Made by a program: the position numbers and the translations under genes
The notes under the pieces: generated by a model
The model's input: the letters and a program-made list of their open reading frames with translations, nothing else
The model's database searches: none
Told to the model about the DNA's origin: nothing
From: Seison nebaliae
Taxonomy: Eukaryota
Reading direction: 5' to 3'
Length of the DNA: 64,000 nucleotides
NCBI GenBank assembly: GCA_023231475.1
Contig: JALJEE010001544.1
Coordinates: forward strand, 62,001 to 126,000
In this document: positions 1 through 13,649 of the stretch, piece by piece
How positions within the stretch are numbered: position 1 is the stretch's first letter
Layout of the letters: each line of letters opens with the position of its first letter

Positions 1-953
1 TTTCTTTATTTTTCACTCGACAAGTGATTTTAATGTTGTTGTTGGGTGTAAAGGATAAAGCTAAAAATATGACTTTTTGAAAGAATTTACGAGAATAAAG
101 TTATTTTACAATTTCAAACAATTTTTGTAAATTTTGTGAATTTTCACTCTGGTTGGTATGCCAACGATGGATTGATGATTATGATACAGGAGATCAAAAG
201 GAAATAGTTATATTAACAGACCGATTGTTCACATTACAGGATCAAGTTATTTCGGAAATCAGTTGAAAGAAAGAGAAAAAGACTGTGTGACCATGTGAAT
301 ATTATAAACAACGAAATGGAAGCTGAAAAGTCTTATTTACTGAATAACACCGGCTGGGCAAACATCTATTCTGCCATACTCTTCATCATCTTCGCTACGG
401 AAACGCTTTTTTTTGTATTAAGCTAACGAATCTGGTTATTAAGAATTTCATTAAAAGTTGTCGCTAAGTCTCTTTTATGTTCTTCCTTCATTTCTTATTC
501 GTGTTCACGTATGACGATTCTCTTCTATTTACTTCTCAATTGCATATTATTTGAAGAAGACGAAATGAAAGAAATCTTTTCTTCTTTTCGTTTATTAACT
601 ATTATATGTCTTCTAATGATTCCAGTTGGAGGGAGAATTGGTATAAACGAACTTATATTCTTCTTACCCCAAACCTAACTACATATGCTCTTCCCTCGTG
701 TTTTAACCTTCCCCTCTGAACGTACATGCGAGCAGATGTTGTTCGAACGAATTTCTCTTATATGTCAAATGGATTGACTTTTATCCTATAATTTCCTTAT
801 TCCTCTAATACTTTATTATTAGTTTGATTATAGTAATCATTTGAAACTTTGAAAAAAAAAACGAAAAATTCTTATTTCCTTCTTCAACTTTCTCATTCAA
901 AAGGAATAAATAAACTCGGGAGAATTCATGTCGAATGTAAATTTATAAGAAAA

Positions 954-3900
954 ATGGGAGAACCGAACGAAATGACCGATAGCAAGAATAATTCTTCTTT
1001 TCTCAACCTATCCAAATATCCACTACATTCAGTTAATAATACTACATCTAACAAGTGTAACGAATAATCGATCATCAAATATTTTTCAGAATGTTTATGG
1101 AGTTTTTATGGAAAATCATTTGACATTCTACGGATATAATAATCGTAAGAATAATTATTCGGCCAATAAAGTAGCTAATCGATTATACTTAAAAGACATT
1201 CTACATCGACCGATTAATGATGAAAATTCAGATGGAGAATATATTTGTTAAATTTTATTCTTCTCTACTTTACGTAATTCCAATTTTAATTAGATGGAAA
1301 CAACAATCGAACAAGACAATTAGTATCTCGTGTTGAAAATGGTAAAATTGTTAGTTCCATTTATTTTCTTATCCATCTATGCGTAAGTCGAAGGTAATTC
1401 GACAAATGAAATGTTTTCATAAAAACTAGAAATTTTAGAGTAATATTGATTTTTCTAATAAATTTTATCGATTCATTCTCCTCTCGTATAGTAGTAAATT
1501 ATTCCTTTTCATTCATTTCTTTTATGATTACTCAACAGAAAACTAAACTTCGTCCCCCACAAGACCTTTATGACGACAGGTTCTCTGGCAATCGTTATAC
1601 TCAACCACGATGGCCTAAAGAAATCAAATTAATTCCCGAATATTATCAACCACATTTCTCGATTGATGTCCTAAAAGTCGATTCGAAGAAGGAGATTCAA
1701 CGCTCTTGTCATTATCAGAAAAGTTGAGATTATTCTCCCATTTTAAAAATCTAATAAATTAATTAAATAACAAAACGTTCATAGGCGGAAGAGAACAATT
1801 ACCTAAAGTAAGAAATCCAACATATGGTGGATTCTATAAAATAGTTTATGATAATGAACGAATTACTGATGGTCATGTTAGAAATTGTGTAAGGAAATAA
1901 GTTCACTAAATTTCTTGAATAGTTCGAGAAATCATGTGAAAGAAGTCAGATAACAACTACCTCAATCGAAAATATAAATGAAACTGATAATGTTTTTTTC
2001 TTCAATTTTTTCTTCTCACATTTTATTATTAGTCATCATCCAATGACGGTATTATATTTGAAAGTCGTTTCGAATCCGGAAATCTTATGAGAGCTATCCA
2101 ATTGTTAATTCATTCAATTAAAAGTCATTTAATTTCTCTTGCAGAGAAAATGATTGCTATGAATTGTACATGCAATATGATTTGTATACGGAGAAACATA
2201 CACAATGGTTCTATTTCAGATTTGAGAACGCCAATCCAGAGAAGACATATCGATTTTCTATCCACAATTTTTGTAAAGTTTTCAATCTTATGCTCAAATT
2301 ATTGTCATTGTCATTCCGCCAGTCATCAAGTTTATATGGAGAAGCGATGAAACCGTTATTCTATTCTAAGAAGATGAGCGAACTTAAGAAAATCGGATGG
2401 TATCGGAATGGTGATTCCGTCGTCTATTATCGAAACAATACTTCGTTAATTTTTTCTCTTTATTTCTAAATTATTTTCAATATTTTTTATTTCAATTCTT
2501 TATTTTAGACGAATTGATGATCCAAATAAATATTATTATTCATTATCATGGAAATTCCGGGTGCCATATGATGACGACGTCTGTTATTTCGCTCATTGTT
2601 ATCCTTATACCTATACTGATCTAGAAGTTAATAATTATTGATCGAATAATAACGTCAATTATTCTTTCAGTTATATATCGATGACAAATGGCAGAAACAT
2701 CGAGTTAAACCAAATCTCGAATATTCATCCATCAACTTGTTTACCGATCATCGATTATCTTACACACCACTAGAAATTCGAGAATCTCCAGTTCTTCCTA
2801 AAATAGCAGAAACGGTAAAATCAGAAAAAGAAACGAATGAAATTTCAAGAAAAGAAGATTTCTCGAAAGAGAAAGAAGAAGAAGAAGAAGAAGAAGAATC
2901 GCCAGATGGTGAAAAACCATCAAAAATTCCAATTGAGCAACCCGTTTCTACCACTGACAATATCTTACAGAGACGGATATTGTGTAAAACGGTGGCTGGT
3001 AATCATGTCTGGTTATTGACAATCACATCTCCTTCTCGCAGTGGAATGGAACATCAAAATAAAAAGTTCGTCGTCCTGACAGCTCGAGTACATCCGGGAG
3101 AATCAGTCTCCTCTTGGATGATGAAAGGAATTATCGATTTCTTATTATCAGATAATGACCAAGCGGAAATGTTGAGAAGGAAATTCATTTTTAAGATTAT
3201 TCCAATGTTGAATCCTGACGGTGTAATCATTGGGAATTATCGATGTTCATTATCTGGACGAGATCTCAATCGGAATTATCGGACAGATTTTCGAGAACAA
3301 TTTCCCACCATTTATTCTACTCGACAACTGATAAGAGATTTGAAACAACAGAAAGATATTCTACTTTATTGCGATTTACATGGACATTCGAAAAAGATGA
3401 ATATTTTCGTTTACGGATGTGAAAGTACTTATCATCCGAGTAGATTATATTTATCGCGAATTTTTCCATTTATGCTACATAAAAATGCTCCTGATAAAGT
3501 TACTAATCTGATATCGATAATGTAAATTCTTATTAATTTTTTCTAAGTTCTCTTATTCTTATTCTCGATTTATGATGCAGAAAAGTAAAGAAGGCACGGG
3601 ACGAATTGTTATGTTCAATATGGGAATTACCAACAGTTTCACAATGGAAGTTCCAAATTTCTTTTTGGAATATTTAAAGTTTTTTTGAATCTTTTAGGCT
3701 TCGTTTTGTGGTTCACGGATTGGTAATTTAGCCGGTTATCATTTCAATTCTCAAGACTACGAGCAAATGGGAAAAGATTTCTGTCACACCATCTCCGATT
3801 TCACGAAAGATGATCGTGTTTATGTTAATATTAATTTCATTATAATTCTTCATTTTATTTCTGATAGTTCAATAAAGCATTACATATTATTCAATTGAAA

Positions 3901-5341
3901 TTAAATGGGAAGACTTTTAAGAATTTCATAAATGTTGATACAAATGTTAAAGTTCTGATAAATGACAATGATCTCATGGAGGATGATGACGACAATTTAT
4001 CAGAAGATGACAGTGAAGACTCTTGCGGGAGTGATAGTTCGGAAGATGACGGATTACCTCTACAATATACACAACGTTATCTGAAAGTTCAAATTTTTTT
4101 GAATAATGAGAATAATCTACAAATTCTTTTAGCAACTGAAAACGAATACAACCACGAAAAAAATAAAAACGGCGAAACGTGTGAAATATAAGGTCCAAGC
4201 AAGATATCAATCAAAACCTCAGAAACAAAAGAAACGGAAAAAATCGAAGGAGATCTCACAAAAGAATATCAATGAAGAATTTTCAGTGACAAAAGAGAAT
4301 AAACAAAAATCACCTGTCAAACGTTTATGTCGAAGTGCAGCAGTTACATTGAGGAAATCGGGAGAGAAGAAAGAAAATAGATCAGTCATCACCCTTCCAA
4401 CCGTCACAGAAAAGAATCATGTTAATTCAATACATTTCCAATAAATCATTATAATTTTCAATTATTTCGCAGGTTGAAATGATGGGGAAAATTGATGAGA
4501 AAGATAAAAGTTTTTTTCCCAACATTATTCCAATTTCTCCATTTATTTTATCAGATTTATTAGAATTGGAAAGAATTCGTCGAGAAACGATTCTTCGAGG
4601 TTCATTTCCTCAATTTTAATTTACTTTACAAATTTACATTTCTTTAGGAATTGATAAAGAATTGGCACAACTGAATTTGAGGAAAAAAGTTTAAAATTTT
4701 TAAAGAAGATAATCTTCTAAATTCTCTTTTAGAAAACTCCAATCGAGCAAATCTTATATGAATGGCCAGATAATGAGAATCGTGGAAACATTCTCAATTA
4801 TCTCAACAACAACAATAACAACAATAATTTTAATTGTGGAACTTTTGCATCTTTAGGATTGGCATGTCCCACCAACTCTCCTATAAATCAACAACGTTCG
4901 ACGGAGAAAGTGAAAGAAGAAGAAACGGATAATTTCAAATTAAATTCAAATTATACTTCCAGTTTAATGAAAATAACTCGATCCAAATTACAGAAAACTC
5001 AAAATAATCCTCCAAAGAATTATCATCAGAAAAAACAACATTCAGAACAACAATTCCGATATATCAATCAGGTTAGTTCGGAAAATGAATCGAACGACGA
5101 TAGACATTCAAATTCGGATTATCAAGAACGAAAGAAATCGAATGAGACAGACGAGATTCATGATCTAATCATTCGAGCCACACCTCTCAATCCGAAAGAA
5201 AAGAAAAAGAAACAAAAAATTCCAACAAGTCTCTCCGACGATTGTCTACTATCACACGAATTGAAAATGATGGAAGTCCAATCGACTCTGATCAATAATC
5301 ATATTAAAGAGAATCGCAGAACGAAATCAAGAAGAAATTAA
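954..5341 (+). CDS. AGBL2: Cytosolic carboxypeptidase 2/3-like tubulin deglutamylase (M14), ~19 exons; 5' exons less certain
   Basis: Spliced translation gives FESRFESGNL, DLYTEKHTQWFYF, FAHCYPYTYTDL, ARVHPGES, PMLNPDGVIIGNYRCSLSGRDLNR, DLHGHS and SFTME|ASFCG. 18 GT-AG introns traced (donors 1032,1247,1350,1723,1877,1992,2104,2278,2445,2627,3499,3650,3824,4087,4421,4510,4600,4689). Confidence 0.9.
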
Positions 5342-5410
5342 TATAAATTGATCTATTCATTCTCAACCATAACAAATTACAAGAAAAAACAAATAAAATT
5401 TTTTACAATT

Positions 5411-7129
5411 TTATAAGTTGTTTATCGTTTCCAATTCCATCGCCTTCTCAATTACACCTTCATCGAAATAACCTTTCTTCTTCAACTCCTTCTGCTCTTC
5501 TCGTCGACGTTTAACGTCCTCATCGATTTTCCTCTTCCGTCGACGTATTCCACTTCCATCTATTGATGATACAGTTCCAGATTCTTTCGTTTTTGTCGAT
5601 TTCTTTTTCGTTTTCTCCGGTTGTTGTTCGAAGAAGAAACTGAAATCGAAATCATTATTTTCATCTTCTTTATTCGAGTATAATGCTTCATCAATAGCTC
5701 TGGGATTTATTCTAAAAAAATTGACACAACATTTTAGGAAAGAAACAAAACTTTTCTTCTCGTTTGAATTTCTTCTGAATTTCATTTCTCGATCGAGTCG
5801 GTAATAGTCGTTGCATTAAAGTGAAATCACTTCCAATTAAACTAAGCGCTTTATAGAATCGAACAGTTTCTTTAAAACTAAATTCGATTCATTAGAAATT
5901 ATCAAAGAAAAATAACCGAATTCTGTCCATTGTCGTCGACGGATATTTTGTTTCCGTCTTTCAATCAAACCAATCTTCGATTCAGAAATTATAATCTTTT
6001 CACGATTTATATGTTTGTTCGTTTCCTGAATTGTGATACTTCAAGAGAAATATAGAAACTTAATGATATTCTCGAAAAAAATAATAAAAAATAAATTTCT
6101 CCAAAAAAAAATTTCCTGTTCAGAAAATTGAAAAATTTTTCTATTTAAAAAAATCGTAAAGGAAATAAATAAAAAATTGAACAAATCTTCCATTGAAAAA
6201 ACTCAAATAATTTTTTCTACTAAAACAAACTCGAAAAATTTTTTTCTAGTGAAACGAACTGAAAAAATATTGAATTAAAAATTTTCTTTGATAAAATAAA
6301 AGAATTTATTTAATGTGATCAAGATAATAAAAAAAACCTTTCTTCATCAACAACAAAACTACCATCTTCAGCTAATCGTAATTGTGGAACGATATCAGAA
6401 TTCTCTTTCTTCTCTTCAACTTCATCTTCGATAATTTCGTCGTTTAATTGATCGAGTTGAGATTGAGACATAAAATCTTCAGTTGTGTAAATTGATTCGC
6501 TGACACTGAGAAATTAGGAAAATGTTTGTTTTCGATTAAGAGAAAGAAAACTTCTTCATATAAACGACATCTTTCAATGTCAATTTGCTACAAATAATTT
6601 CTGAAATTTTTTCGTTTGATAATTTCGTTGAATTATTTTTCGACGATGATTTTTTCGATTGTAACTCTTCACCTTTTTCTGGCTGTGTAATGATAGATGA
6701 TGCTGCTATTGATGATTCATTATCATTCATTTCATTAAATTCATTTGTATCTAAAGTGGAAACATTTGACATGTTCATCGAGAATCCTGTATCATTCTCA
6801 CCGAATGAAAGAACGGTTTGATTTTCCAAATCGATTTCTTTTTCGTTTGGTTCATCGTCATCACTTTCTATTTTTTTGGAATGATCAATTTCAACTTTTC
6901 TTTGTTCTGCTTTCAATTCCTCTTGTGCATTCTTCAATAACGTCTTGTAACGACGACGTGATTGTCGTCGACAATTGTTGTGATGAGTTCGATCGCTCTC
7001 TCGTAACAATTTCACTCCATGATTCTTGGTCTGAATATTTTGAATTGTAATGAATTTAAATGAAAATAAAAAAATTCTAACACGAAATTTGACCGCGTGA
7101 TCAGGAATTTGGTCGACATCGTCAGACAT
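5411..7129 (-). CDS. BDP1: TFIIIB subunit B'' (BDP1)-like, short form, 6 exons
   Basis: Spliced product has IVPQLRLAEDGSFVVDEES followed by the Myb/SANT-like WTEFETVRFYKALSLIGSDFTLMQRLLPTRSRNEIQKKFKREEKINPRAIDEAL, typical of Bdp1. Confidence 0.85.
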
Positions 7130-8920
7130 GTTTATTTGAAAAGAATAAAAATTTCCTATATTTTTTGTTTCAAATAAAAATGTCAGCTAGATATTTCAAT
7201 CGAATTCTCTTCTCTAGAAATGATGGATGATAATTGGAGAAGAATATCCATCAATTTATCGGAGAAATGAATAATGTTGTTATGATGATTTAATTATGGT
7301 CCTATCAGATTGTTTTTTCTGTTCATCTTCTATTTTTCAGAAACAGAACAAGATAAATTTATCTAAAATTATCATATATGACTATTGTATCTGATAAATT
7401 TTATTAGAAATGAAGAAGTTGAATTCATAATTTCAATTTTAAAAAAAAATCAAATTAATTCACGTTTTTTAATAGTTTTTTATTGTTAATAAATTCTCCT
7501 CAATTCGTGTAATAGTTGCATAATGATTTCATGATGAATGTTAAAGCTTTTTATGTAAACGAAATATGTTTATGTATCTTGTCCAAAATGTTATGTATAT
7601 GGGAGTCTGTCCAAATTCAGTGTTACACAATAACAAGTTCCATATGGAGTGAGGATAATGATGAAATTGTAACGACCATCAAATTAACATTCATGAATAA
7701 TTCTTATTCGAAATGATTGTGTTCGATCTTACCTCGAATTTCTCTAAAAACCAAACTCCCTTTTAGTTGACATTCAAGTCTCGCTAATAGTAAGAAGAAT
7801 TAAGTGAGGTTGAATAGCTGTAGATGAATAAAGTGCTAAAAAGAAAAGATCAAATATTTTCAGCATGTTGCGGATGTTGCAAATATTGAAAATATGTGAC
7901 TTTACGTCAATCGTTTCTAGTGGTAGCTATGTAAATATAATCACCTTGACAGGTGGGAGGGGAATTGACATTCGATCAAATATTATTCCCACTTACAATT
8001 AGTAGTCATCAAATTTTTCAATGAATTGACTAATAAAATTTATTGAAGAAACTTAATATCTTAATGACTCTGCCCACTTCGAATGAAATTCATTTTAAAG
8101 AGATGAAATTAATTTCTCTATAATCTCTCCATATTGTTTAGAATTATAATAATTTTAATAATATCCTGAACTCCATCATCATAACAGTGTTATGATAACA
8201 CAACTCTTCTTCTTCTTGTTAGTCTTCTTCGTTGAATGTTAGGAAGTTTCTTTTTTATATGTTACTGTGATACATCTTCCCTTTTCTTCTTAAGAACTTT
8301 ATGAGAGTTAGAGCTAACTCAAATCATTTATTAACTGATAAAAATGATTCTCTATTCTAGAATTCTGTTTCGATAAATTTAGATTTCTTTACGTCTCCCC
8401 AATTATCTAACTTATGTATCTTGTTGTCCTTCGTTAAGATATACCTTCTTATCATCGATCTAATTCGAATAATTCTTAATAGAGCCACACGGAACAAATC
8501 ATTTTTCATACTGTAAGTGTAGAAAAATTATATTTCTTCGCAGTTTCTTTTGTTTATTTGTTTGTTCGTAAATTAACATCTTATTAAATTTTTTCATTGA
8601 CCAGTAACTACTCGTCATTAATTTTATCAGCGATCATGTTTTGTTACTGGTCAATAATATTTTAACGATTTTTCTCCTCTAAATAAAAAATTTCGTTAGA
8701 AAAATTCAAATTCTTCTTATTTTCTTCAGAGAATTTTTTTTCATCCTTTCTAAAGAAATGTGTTGAATTGACGAAATTTATTATTCAAATTGACTGTTGT
8801 TATTGATTGGGAAAGAGAGACGAGAATTACTGAGAAATGATAGTGAATTGACAAGAGAAAAAATTTACAAAATTCTTTGAAACGTTTTCATAATTATATT
8901 CCAATCGTTATTCTGGGAGA

Positions 8921-10561
8921 ATGATGATGGAATTAACAAATCATCAATTGAAACTTCATTACGGAATGGTGAAAACGATTCTACGGTTATTGGAGGAGAG
9001 GAATTACCAGATACATTCTTCTCCATTTCCATTAAATAAGTTTCATTTGGTGACGATGAAGGATTTGGATAGACGAATTGAAACGTTAATAGCTAAAGAG
9101 AAACTTTATGAAAAACGTTCGATTGTGGATAAGAAGAAGAAAGCGAAGAAAGATCCGAATGAATTGACGGATAGTCAATATTCGATGATTGTTCATTGGA
9201 TGTTGTATCATTGTCAGATTTCATTTGAATTTCAAACTGAAACTTTCTTACGATCGGTTGAAATTTTCAATCGTTTCCTCTCTCTCGTGCTCGTTCCTTA
9301 CAATTTCGCTTTCTTCACTGCAATGGCTTGCTTATATATTGCGTCGAAAGTGGAGGAGGAGGAAGAACGAATCTTTACCACAACCCAATTCGTTGCTGCA
9401 ACCAATATGCCAACGATGCAGATTCAAGATATGTGTCGAGTGGAATTGCTGATTTGTAAACGATTAAAATTTAACATCAATTCACCAACGTCTATTCAAT
9501 ATATTATTCCTATACTACTGAAAACGAATCGATTGTTATTAAACGAATACGAATTGATGAATGATTCTCTCCGAGATTTGTTGGATGAGAAATCGGAAAA
9601 TTTTTTGAAACTGTTTCACAACATCGAATTACTGATAGTAAAGTGTGCATTATTACCGTTGATGAATTCGTTCAATCCATTGACTGTCGCAATGTGTTGC
9701 ATTAGTTTCGTACCGGAATATGTCGACCGTTTGAGCGATCCACATCAGTCAGGAAATTGGCTAATATTCCTCGTGAAGCTATTGAAAGAATATTCGGTCG
9801 ATTTTATCAAATTTATTCAATGTCGCAAATGTTTAATGAAAAGAATTCCAAATATTATTTATTTCATCTTTTCAGCAAAAAACGGTGTTCTCATGATCAA
9901 TGACGAGATGTTGAATAAATATCATCATCATCATCATCATCATCATCCGGAACATGAGAATTTGAAAACGATCGTAGAAAATAAGAAGAGTGAGAATTTT
10001 GAAAATGAAATAAATAATACGAAAATACATAAAATCAATATGAATACAACAACAACAACAACAACAACATCAGCAAATATCAATAGTCGACGAATTATGA
10101 GATCGTTTCGTAAACGTTATCAAAAGAAGAAAAAGAATAAATCGATGGGAAATAATTCAACAATTCCTCTTATGCTCAATGAAAAGAAAAGTAGTTGGAA
10201 TCAATTTCCACTCGACGACGATGACGAAAGTAGTAGTAATACCATCAGTAATACTACAATCAATCAGACAATTCTTCCTTCCATTCAAGAACAACAACAA
10301 CAACAGTCATGGAAACGATTAAGAACCATCACCAACGAATCATTAGGCCAACAAACAATTGATGATTCAATTGACACTGGAGAACTGAATGATATTTATG
10401 ATGCAAAAATCTTGAAAATTGCTGATTTGACACTCATATCATCAACACTGGAACAAGAGAATCATCATATCAACACACCATGCAAGATGGAACATAATCA
10501 TGATATTGGCACTTATGCCGAAGTACTTACACGGAACTATAAAAACCATACAAAAGTTTAA
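8921..10561 (+). CDS. Cyclin G/I-family protein with low-complexity (H/T/Q) C-terminal tail; intronless CDS
   Basis: Cyclin box ETFLRSVEIFNRFLS...ACLYIASKVEEEEERI...VELLICKRLKFNINSPT. The EE-ERI segment resembles cyclin I/G. Confidence 0.8.
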   Translation: MMMELTNHQLKLHYGMVKTILRLLEERNYQIHSSPFPLNKFHLVTMKDLDRRIETLIAKEKLYEKRSIVDKKKKAKKDPNELTDSQYSMIVHWMLYHCQISFEFQTETFLRSVEIFNRFLSLVLVPYNFAFFTAMACLYIASKVEEEEERIFTTTQFVAATNMPTMQIQDMCRVELLICKRLKFNINSPTSIQYIIPILLKTNRLLLNEYELMNDSLRDLLDEKSENFLKLFHNIELLIVKCALLPLMNSFNPLTVAMCCISFVPEYVDRLSDPHQSGNWLIFLVKLLKEYSVDFIKFIQCRKCLMKRIPNIIYFIFSAKNGVLMINDEMLNKYHHHHHHHHPEHENLKTIVENKKSENFENEINNTKIHKINMNTTTTTTTTSANINSRRIMRSFRKRYQKKKKNKSMGNNSTIPLMLNEKKSSWNQFPLDDDDESSSNTISNTTINQTILPSIQEQQQQQSWKRLRTITNESLGQQTIDDSIDTGELNDIYDAKILKIADLTLISSTLEQENHHINTPCKMEHNHDIGTYAEVLTRNYKNHTKV

Positions 10562-10978
10562 TCGGAAAATAAATTTCACAGGAAAAAATGGAAAAAAAAA
10601 TTCATTTATTAATATATATTAATGAATAAAAACGGAAATTAAAAAAATAATATAATTTTTAAAGAAAATAATCGAAATAAAAATCAGATTTTTGAGAAAA
10701 AATCGAAATATTTTTCTAAACTGCAAATTCCTGAAATGGCTTCTCTCCTCCTTCTTTCTTTTACAACAAACAAGAATATTTTCATTTTCTTTAATCTATT
10801 TTATTCTTTAGTAAAAATCATATTTCTTTTCGAACTATCAATTATTTTCCTTTTTCATAGTAGAGTTTTATTTTATAACTTTCTTACCAATTTTCCTTAA
10901 AAATAAATGAACAAATTTTAATTTTATAATAACAAAAAAAATAAAAACAAAAAGTTTCTGTACATAGTAATCTGGAAA

Positions 10979-12580
10979 TCATTCGTCAGTACGTAGAATG
11001 ATTCCTCCGTTTGTTGATTCGATTGATAATTTCATATTTTTCAATTCACTTGTATTCTCCAATAGTTTCATGAGATAATTATATTCATTAGAATCATTCA
11101 ATGGAATAAATATATTTTGAGATGTCATTTTATTCTCAATCAATATCTCCATCGTTTCTTTTACATCATTTTTGAATGACAAAGAAACTTCATTGGAATT
11201 CTCTTTCAATTTCGTTTCAGTACATTTATTCATATTTGGTGTATCTTCATATAATCTCATCATTTTTCTACATAATTCTGTTTCTTTCTTTTTGTTATCT
11301 AATGTTGTCCTAAAAATATTGTAAAATATATCATTAAAACCATCAGAAAAATATGAGGTAATATTAAAAAAATTATTAGAAATAAAATGAAAATATAATA
11401 ATAACTCTTTAATTTTATTTAACAGAACAAAAACGTCTTTATTGTTTGGTGAGAGTATTTCAGCTTTCTTAATATAATTTTGGGCGTCATATAAATTATT
11501 CAATTCCCAATGAGCGGCTGCACATCTGAATAATGCCTTAATATTATCAGGATCATAATACAAACATTTTTTAGCGAAAGAAATGCTCAAAGGATATCGT
11601 CGAAGTTTGAAAGCGCAAATTGAAAGATTCATCGATACTCTTCTAATGAGACTCTCCACCACAATTTCTTCTTCTTTTGAGAAGACTTTTATTCTCTCTA
11701 AAATCGACAAGACTTTCTTATAGACTCTCAATGAATCATAAAATTGTTCTCCCATAAAATAATGTTTTCCCATTGACAATAATTCTTGAACGATTGAAAT
11801 TAATTGATCAAATTTCAATTCTTTCTTCTTTTCTTCATTCAATTCGTCGAATTCTTTACTCTTCTTAGGGAGGACAACATTCAAAATATTTATAACAAAT
11901 AAAATATCAGCTTCTTTCGGCACTCGAGGTTCACATCCAACTTTACCATAACAAAACTCCGAATTGACGATACATTTCGCATTTTCGTTCTTCTTCATCG
12001 ACAATAAAACAAATCTCAATCCAATTAATTGAATATCATCAACAGAAATTTCATATGGTTTTCTTCGAAGATATGTGGAATCATATGGTTCATCGTTCGA
12101 TTCATGATAAGCATTCAGATGAAATTTTACGATACATCCACTTTTTATCAGATCTCCCACTCCCTCATTCATCACTTCCTTCATTATTTTTCCATCATTA
12201 TCTGGTGAGATATCCGTCATATTCTCACGCAATTTTTCAAAAAAAGAAAATCCACTTTCTTCATCTTTCTCCCCGAAATCATTCAAAATCGAATATTTTC
12301 CCATCGTTTCCGAATGTGTCTCATTCTCTTCCCAAACCTCACCATCATTCACATCGTCACTCGGTCCAACCATCTCAACAAAATTCTTCTCTTCCATCTC
12401 TATAATATCTTTATGATCGAAAATCAAATCTTCATTTCGTCTCTTCATCTGACAAATCTTCTCTTCCAATTTCGTTAATTTTGTTCTCGTATTTTTCGTC
12501 AATTTTTCATGAATATCTACTTTCTGTAACAACTTCCTTTCACGTTCTTTCAAACCATCATCCATCATATTTTCATCCAT
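10979..12580 (-). CDS. FKBP6: FKBP6/Shutdown (FKBP-type domain plus TPR co-chaperone, piRNA pathway)
   Basis: FEKLRENMTDISPDNDGKIMKEVMNEGVGDL...EPYDSTYLR...CYGKVGCEPRVP, TPR NIKALFRCA and C-terminal ELCRKM. The ORF reads through a 96-nt stop-free intron at 11310-11405. Confidence 0.85.
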   Translation of the reverse strand: MDENMMDDGLKERERKLLQKVDIHEKLTKNTRTKLTKLEEKICQMKRRNEDLIFDHKDIIEMEEKNFVEMVGPSDDVNDGEVWEENETHSETMGKYSILNDFGEKDEESGFSFFEKLRENMTDISPDNDGKIMKEVMNEGVGDLIKSGCIVKFHLNAYHESNDEPYDSTYLRRKPYEISVDDIQLIGLRFVLLSMKKNENAKCIVNSEFCYGKVGCEPRVPKEADILFVINILNVVLPKKSKEFDELNEEKKKELKFDQLISIVQELLSMGKHYFMGEQFYDSLRVYKKVLSILERIKVFSKEEEIVVESLIRRVSMNLSICAFKLRRYPLSISFAKKCLYYDPDNIKALFRCAAAHWELNNLYDAQNYIKKAEILSPNNKDVFVLLNKIKELLLYFHFISNNFFNITSYFSDGFNDIFYNIFRTTLDNKKKETELCRKMMRLYEDTPNMNKCTETKLKENSNEVSLSFKNDVKETMEILIENKMTSQNIFIPLNDSNEYNYLMKLLENTSELKNMKLSIESTNGGIILRTDE

Positions 12581-13133
12581 AATTTATATCTAAAAATAAA
12601 CCAAAGAATTAGAAAGATAGAATAGAAGAATTATTTTATTACCAGAAAATTTGCAGGAAATTAAGAAAATTTTGAAATTTTTAAAAAAAATGGAATTGAA
12701 AAAGATTTTAACATACAAGAACTGAGAATGTTTTCAAAAAAAAATAAAAATTAAAAAAGATTTTACCACAACAAATAAAATTTTCAAAAGAAAAAAAAAA
12801 TCAAAATAACTTGAAAGAAAAAAATTTAAAAAAAAGGTTTTTTTTTAAAAATCATTGTTTCTTAGAAAAAACCGTTTGAAAAAACTAAGTCGTTAATTTT
12901 AGTTTTCGTATCACATAAAAAATAAGTAAAGAAATAAAAAATTGTAAATTTTTCGAAAAAAGAAAAAAATGGTATAAAAAAAACTTTGGAAAAAAATTTC
13001 AAAAAAAAATCCAGAAAAAATTTGAAAAAAATATTTCAATGAAATTAATATAATCCATTGCAAATATGGTAATTTTAGAAAAACGGGGGAAATTAATTTT
13101 TATAAATGTCTTTAGATTTCGGTAATTCGAATT

Positions 13134-13436
13134 TTAAAATATCCGAATATCTTTCTTCATTTTCCCTTTATCGATTTGTGATTCATTGAAATTGACGAAA
13201 TTCTTGCCAATCTTGTACGTGGAGAATATTTCAGAGGATAATTTCTCTTTTGTCGATACATCAGTGGGAGACTGTCGGAAACTTTCGACCAAATATCTAT
13301 TTCGATATAGACGTACTTCTTCTTTGAACAATGATTTCTGATCGTTATTCATCAAATTGAATTTTTTATCGATACGTTCCAAATAATCGTTCAAACTCCG
13401 ATCAGGTGGAAGTGTATCTTTCTTTATATCACACAT
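13134..13436 (-). CDS. Small protein of unknown function (frame is open upstream to an acceptor at ~13501)
   Basis: 100-aa ORF with coding-like composition flanked by very AT-rich DNA; no secure family match. Confidence 0.5.
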   Translation of the reverse strand: MCDIKKDTLPPDRSLNDYLERIDKKFNLMNNDQKSLFKEEVRLYRNRYLVESFRQSPTDVSTKEKLSSEIFSTYKIGKNFVNFNESQIDKGKMKKDIRIF

Positions 13437-13649
13437 GAGATAAATCTGATAATTAGTGTTTGTGATAAAATCACGATGTCGAGAATGAAATGGATTGAGC
13501 CTAAATTTGAAATGTTACAAGAAATATTTTTAAAGTGAGTTTAAAAAAAAGTATTATTAAATTTTCAGCTTCTAAGCTTCGTCGTCTTACAAGAGATAAT
13601 TTGACTAATTTATCGGGGAATTTTTTTTATTCTAATTTTTTCGTCGGAA

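Noticed and set aside
100..520. Coding-like stretch at the window start
   Set aside because: Short open frames are broken by stops and no consistent spliced model or family was found.
1350..1538. Possible snoRNA in a longer CCP intron (GTCGAA/TTCGAC hairpin)
   Set aside because: No ordered C/D or H/ACA boxes found; the stems are short enough to be chance.
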